Below are positions 49,474-50,763 of a DNA stretch of 50,763 bases, piece after piece. Made by a program: the position numbers and the translations under genes. Each line of letters begins with the position of its first letter. The stretch's first letter is position 1. Source of the DNA: Octopus bimaculoides (lineage: Eukaryota); contig NC_068991.1 of assembly GCF_001194135.2 (NCBI RefSeq), positions 47,824,268 to 47,875,030 on the forward strand, in the 5' to 3' direction. The notes under the pieces were generated by a model, which was not told the origin of the DNA, ran no database searches, and worked only from the letters and a program-made list of their open reading frames with translations.

Positions 49474-50763
49474 AGACACCTCAGCTGTAAAATATACTTA
49501 ACTCTTTAAGAACTTGCCGTTTACGAAGTGCGTTTCTATATTTCGTCTCACCAATTCTCCGAGAAAAAGAAAATAAAAGCGTTACATTGGTGATCGATAT
49601 ATATGAGAGAGAGGGAGAGAGTATCAAAACACCCGAACAAAACTAAATAAACATTCTAAATAGCAACAATCTTTGACAATATGAAGAGACGGTACTGAGT
49701 GGATATATGACGATTGGGGTAATTTTGGAAACGGAATTTCTTTATATTTGAGTTGCTGGTACCAAACCAATAACATGCATCCATCCGATCTCGAAGCAGA
49801 TGCAAAATGGTCAAGCAGCCCTAAATGAGTTAGTGTTAACATATCTAATAAGGGAGCATTAGACTTGTTAACAAGGAGGGTGGGTAATTCGGTTATTTTT
49901 TTAAAAAGGTCTTAACTGTGGGAGATAACTCCAGACATATTTCCATATGATTAGACCTTCTCAGCGAAGAAGAGACTTCATTGTACATACCAAAAGAATG
50001 ATAAGAACATCATTAAGTGCACACATAATTACTTGCTAATGATCATTTACTAATTGGCTAAAGGCTAAAAATATGTACTACCGATATCCCTTTGTATCTC
50101 TGGGTAGAACATTTTATTCTACAATGCCTCAGTTTACCTGGCTAACATCTAATACAAACCAGCATCTGATTGAAAGCGGAAGATTATAACTCATCTGCTT
50201 AACACTAATAGGTAAGAGCAACGTAGTCCTAGCCGTTTTGGAAACACAATTAACATAACATATCCACTCTAGAGAGATGGTCACGGCAAGAATAAAGAAT
50301 AAGACAGACGGCACTCCAGGAATGCTTGAAATTTTCCTGCGGTTTCATCGATAGTTCATTAGTAATTTAATTGAAGTTTTTTCATCAGCTGTGATTAGAC
50401 AAATTAAGTAAACAAGGGTTCGAAACCTAGGCATCGATCATGTCGTTCAGTGTCAAATAGATACAAACACTGAAATAAAATATAGGAGAAATATCAAATA
50501 AACATGAAAAGCTTACTAGTATCTTCTCTCACTACGTCATATTACAAAGTAAGATGATATTGATTGAGAAGAAAATCGATACGAGGAGGAATTTTACAGG
50601 TACCAGTCGGAAGTACCGCAATCAAATTAGGTTTTAATATCGATCACCAATGTAACGCTTTTATTTTCTTTTTCTCGGAGAATTGGTGAGACGAAATATA
50701 GAAACGCACTTCGTAAACGGCAAGTTCTTAAAGAGTTAAGTATATTTTACAGCTGAGGTGTCT
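49474..50763. repeat. Perfect inverted repeat of at least 127 bp with a 1036-bp unique spacer
   Basis: 49474-49600 is the exact reverse complement of 50637-50763 (127/127); the right arm is cut by the window edge. Confidence 0.95.

Noticed and set aside
50344-50346. In-frame TGA in the minus-strand exon-like segment as selenocysteine or readthrough
   Set aside because: No SECIS seen and no homology evidence; the flanking frame may be non-coding.

Overview
Repeat-dense, AT-rich eukaryotic DNA from a gapped short-read assembly, with seven N gaps, most abutting tandem repeats. The tRNA-derived SINE families and the microsatellite load point to an octopus genome; this is inferred from recalled family sequences, not from a search. 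Most of the window looks like introns of an unidentified + strand gene. Three small exons (3002-3075, 8717-8781, 23284-23395) join with compatible phases into one stop-free protein-like frame, and weaker candidate exons lie downstream. The rest is SINEs of at least three families, 3' remnants of Dong/R4-like and CR1-like LINEs, mariner/piggyBac/hAT-type MITEs, foldbacks, minisatellites and microsatellites. Almost all ORFs in the supplied track are artefacts of repeats or N runs. The most notable observations are: a palindrome whose arms each carry a degenerate minimal type-I hammerhead ribozyme (37.5 kb); a perfect inverted repeat of at least 127 bp at the right edge; two SINEs inserted head-to-head at one AATATT palindrome; three divergent Dong-like endonuclease tails lodged in (TAA)n next to SINEs; a foldback enclosing telomere-like repeats; and a 141-bp satellite built from a MITE.
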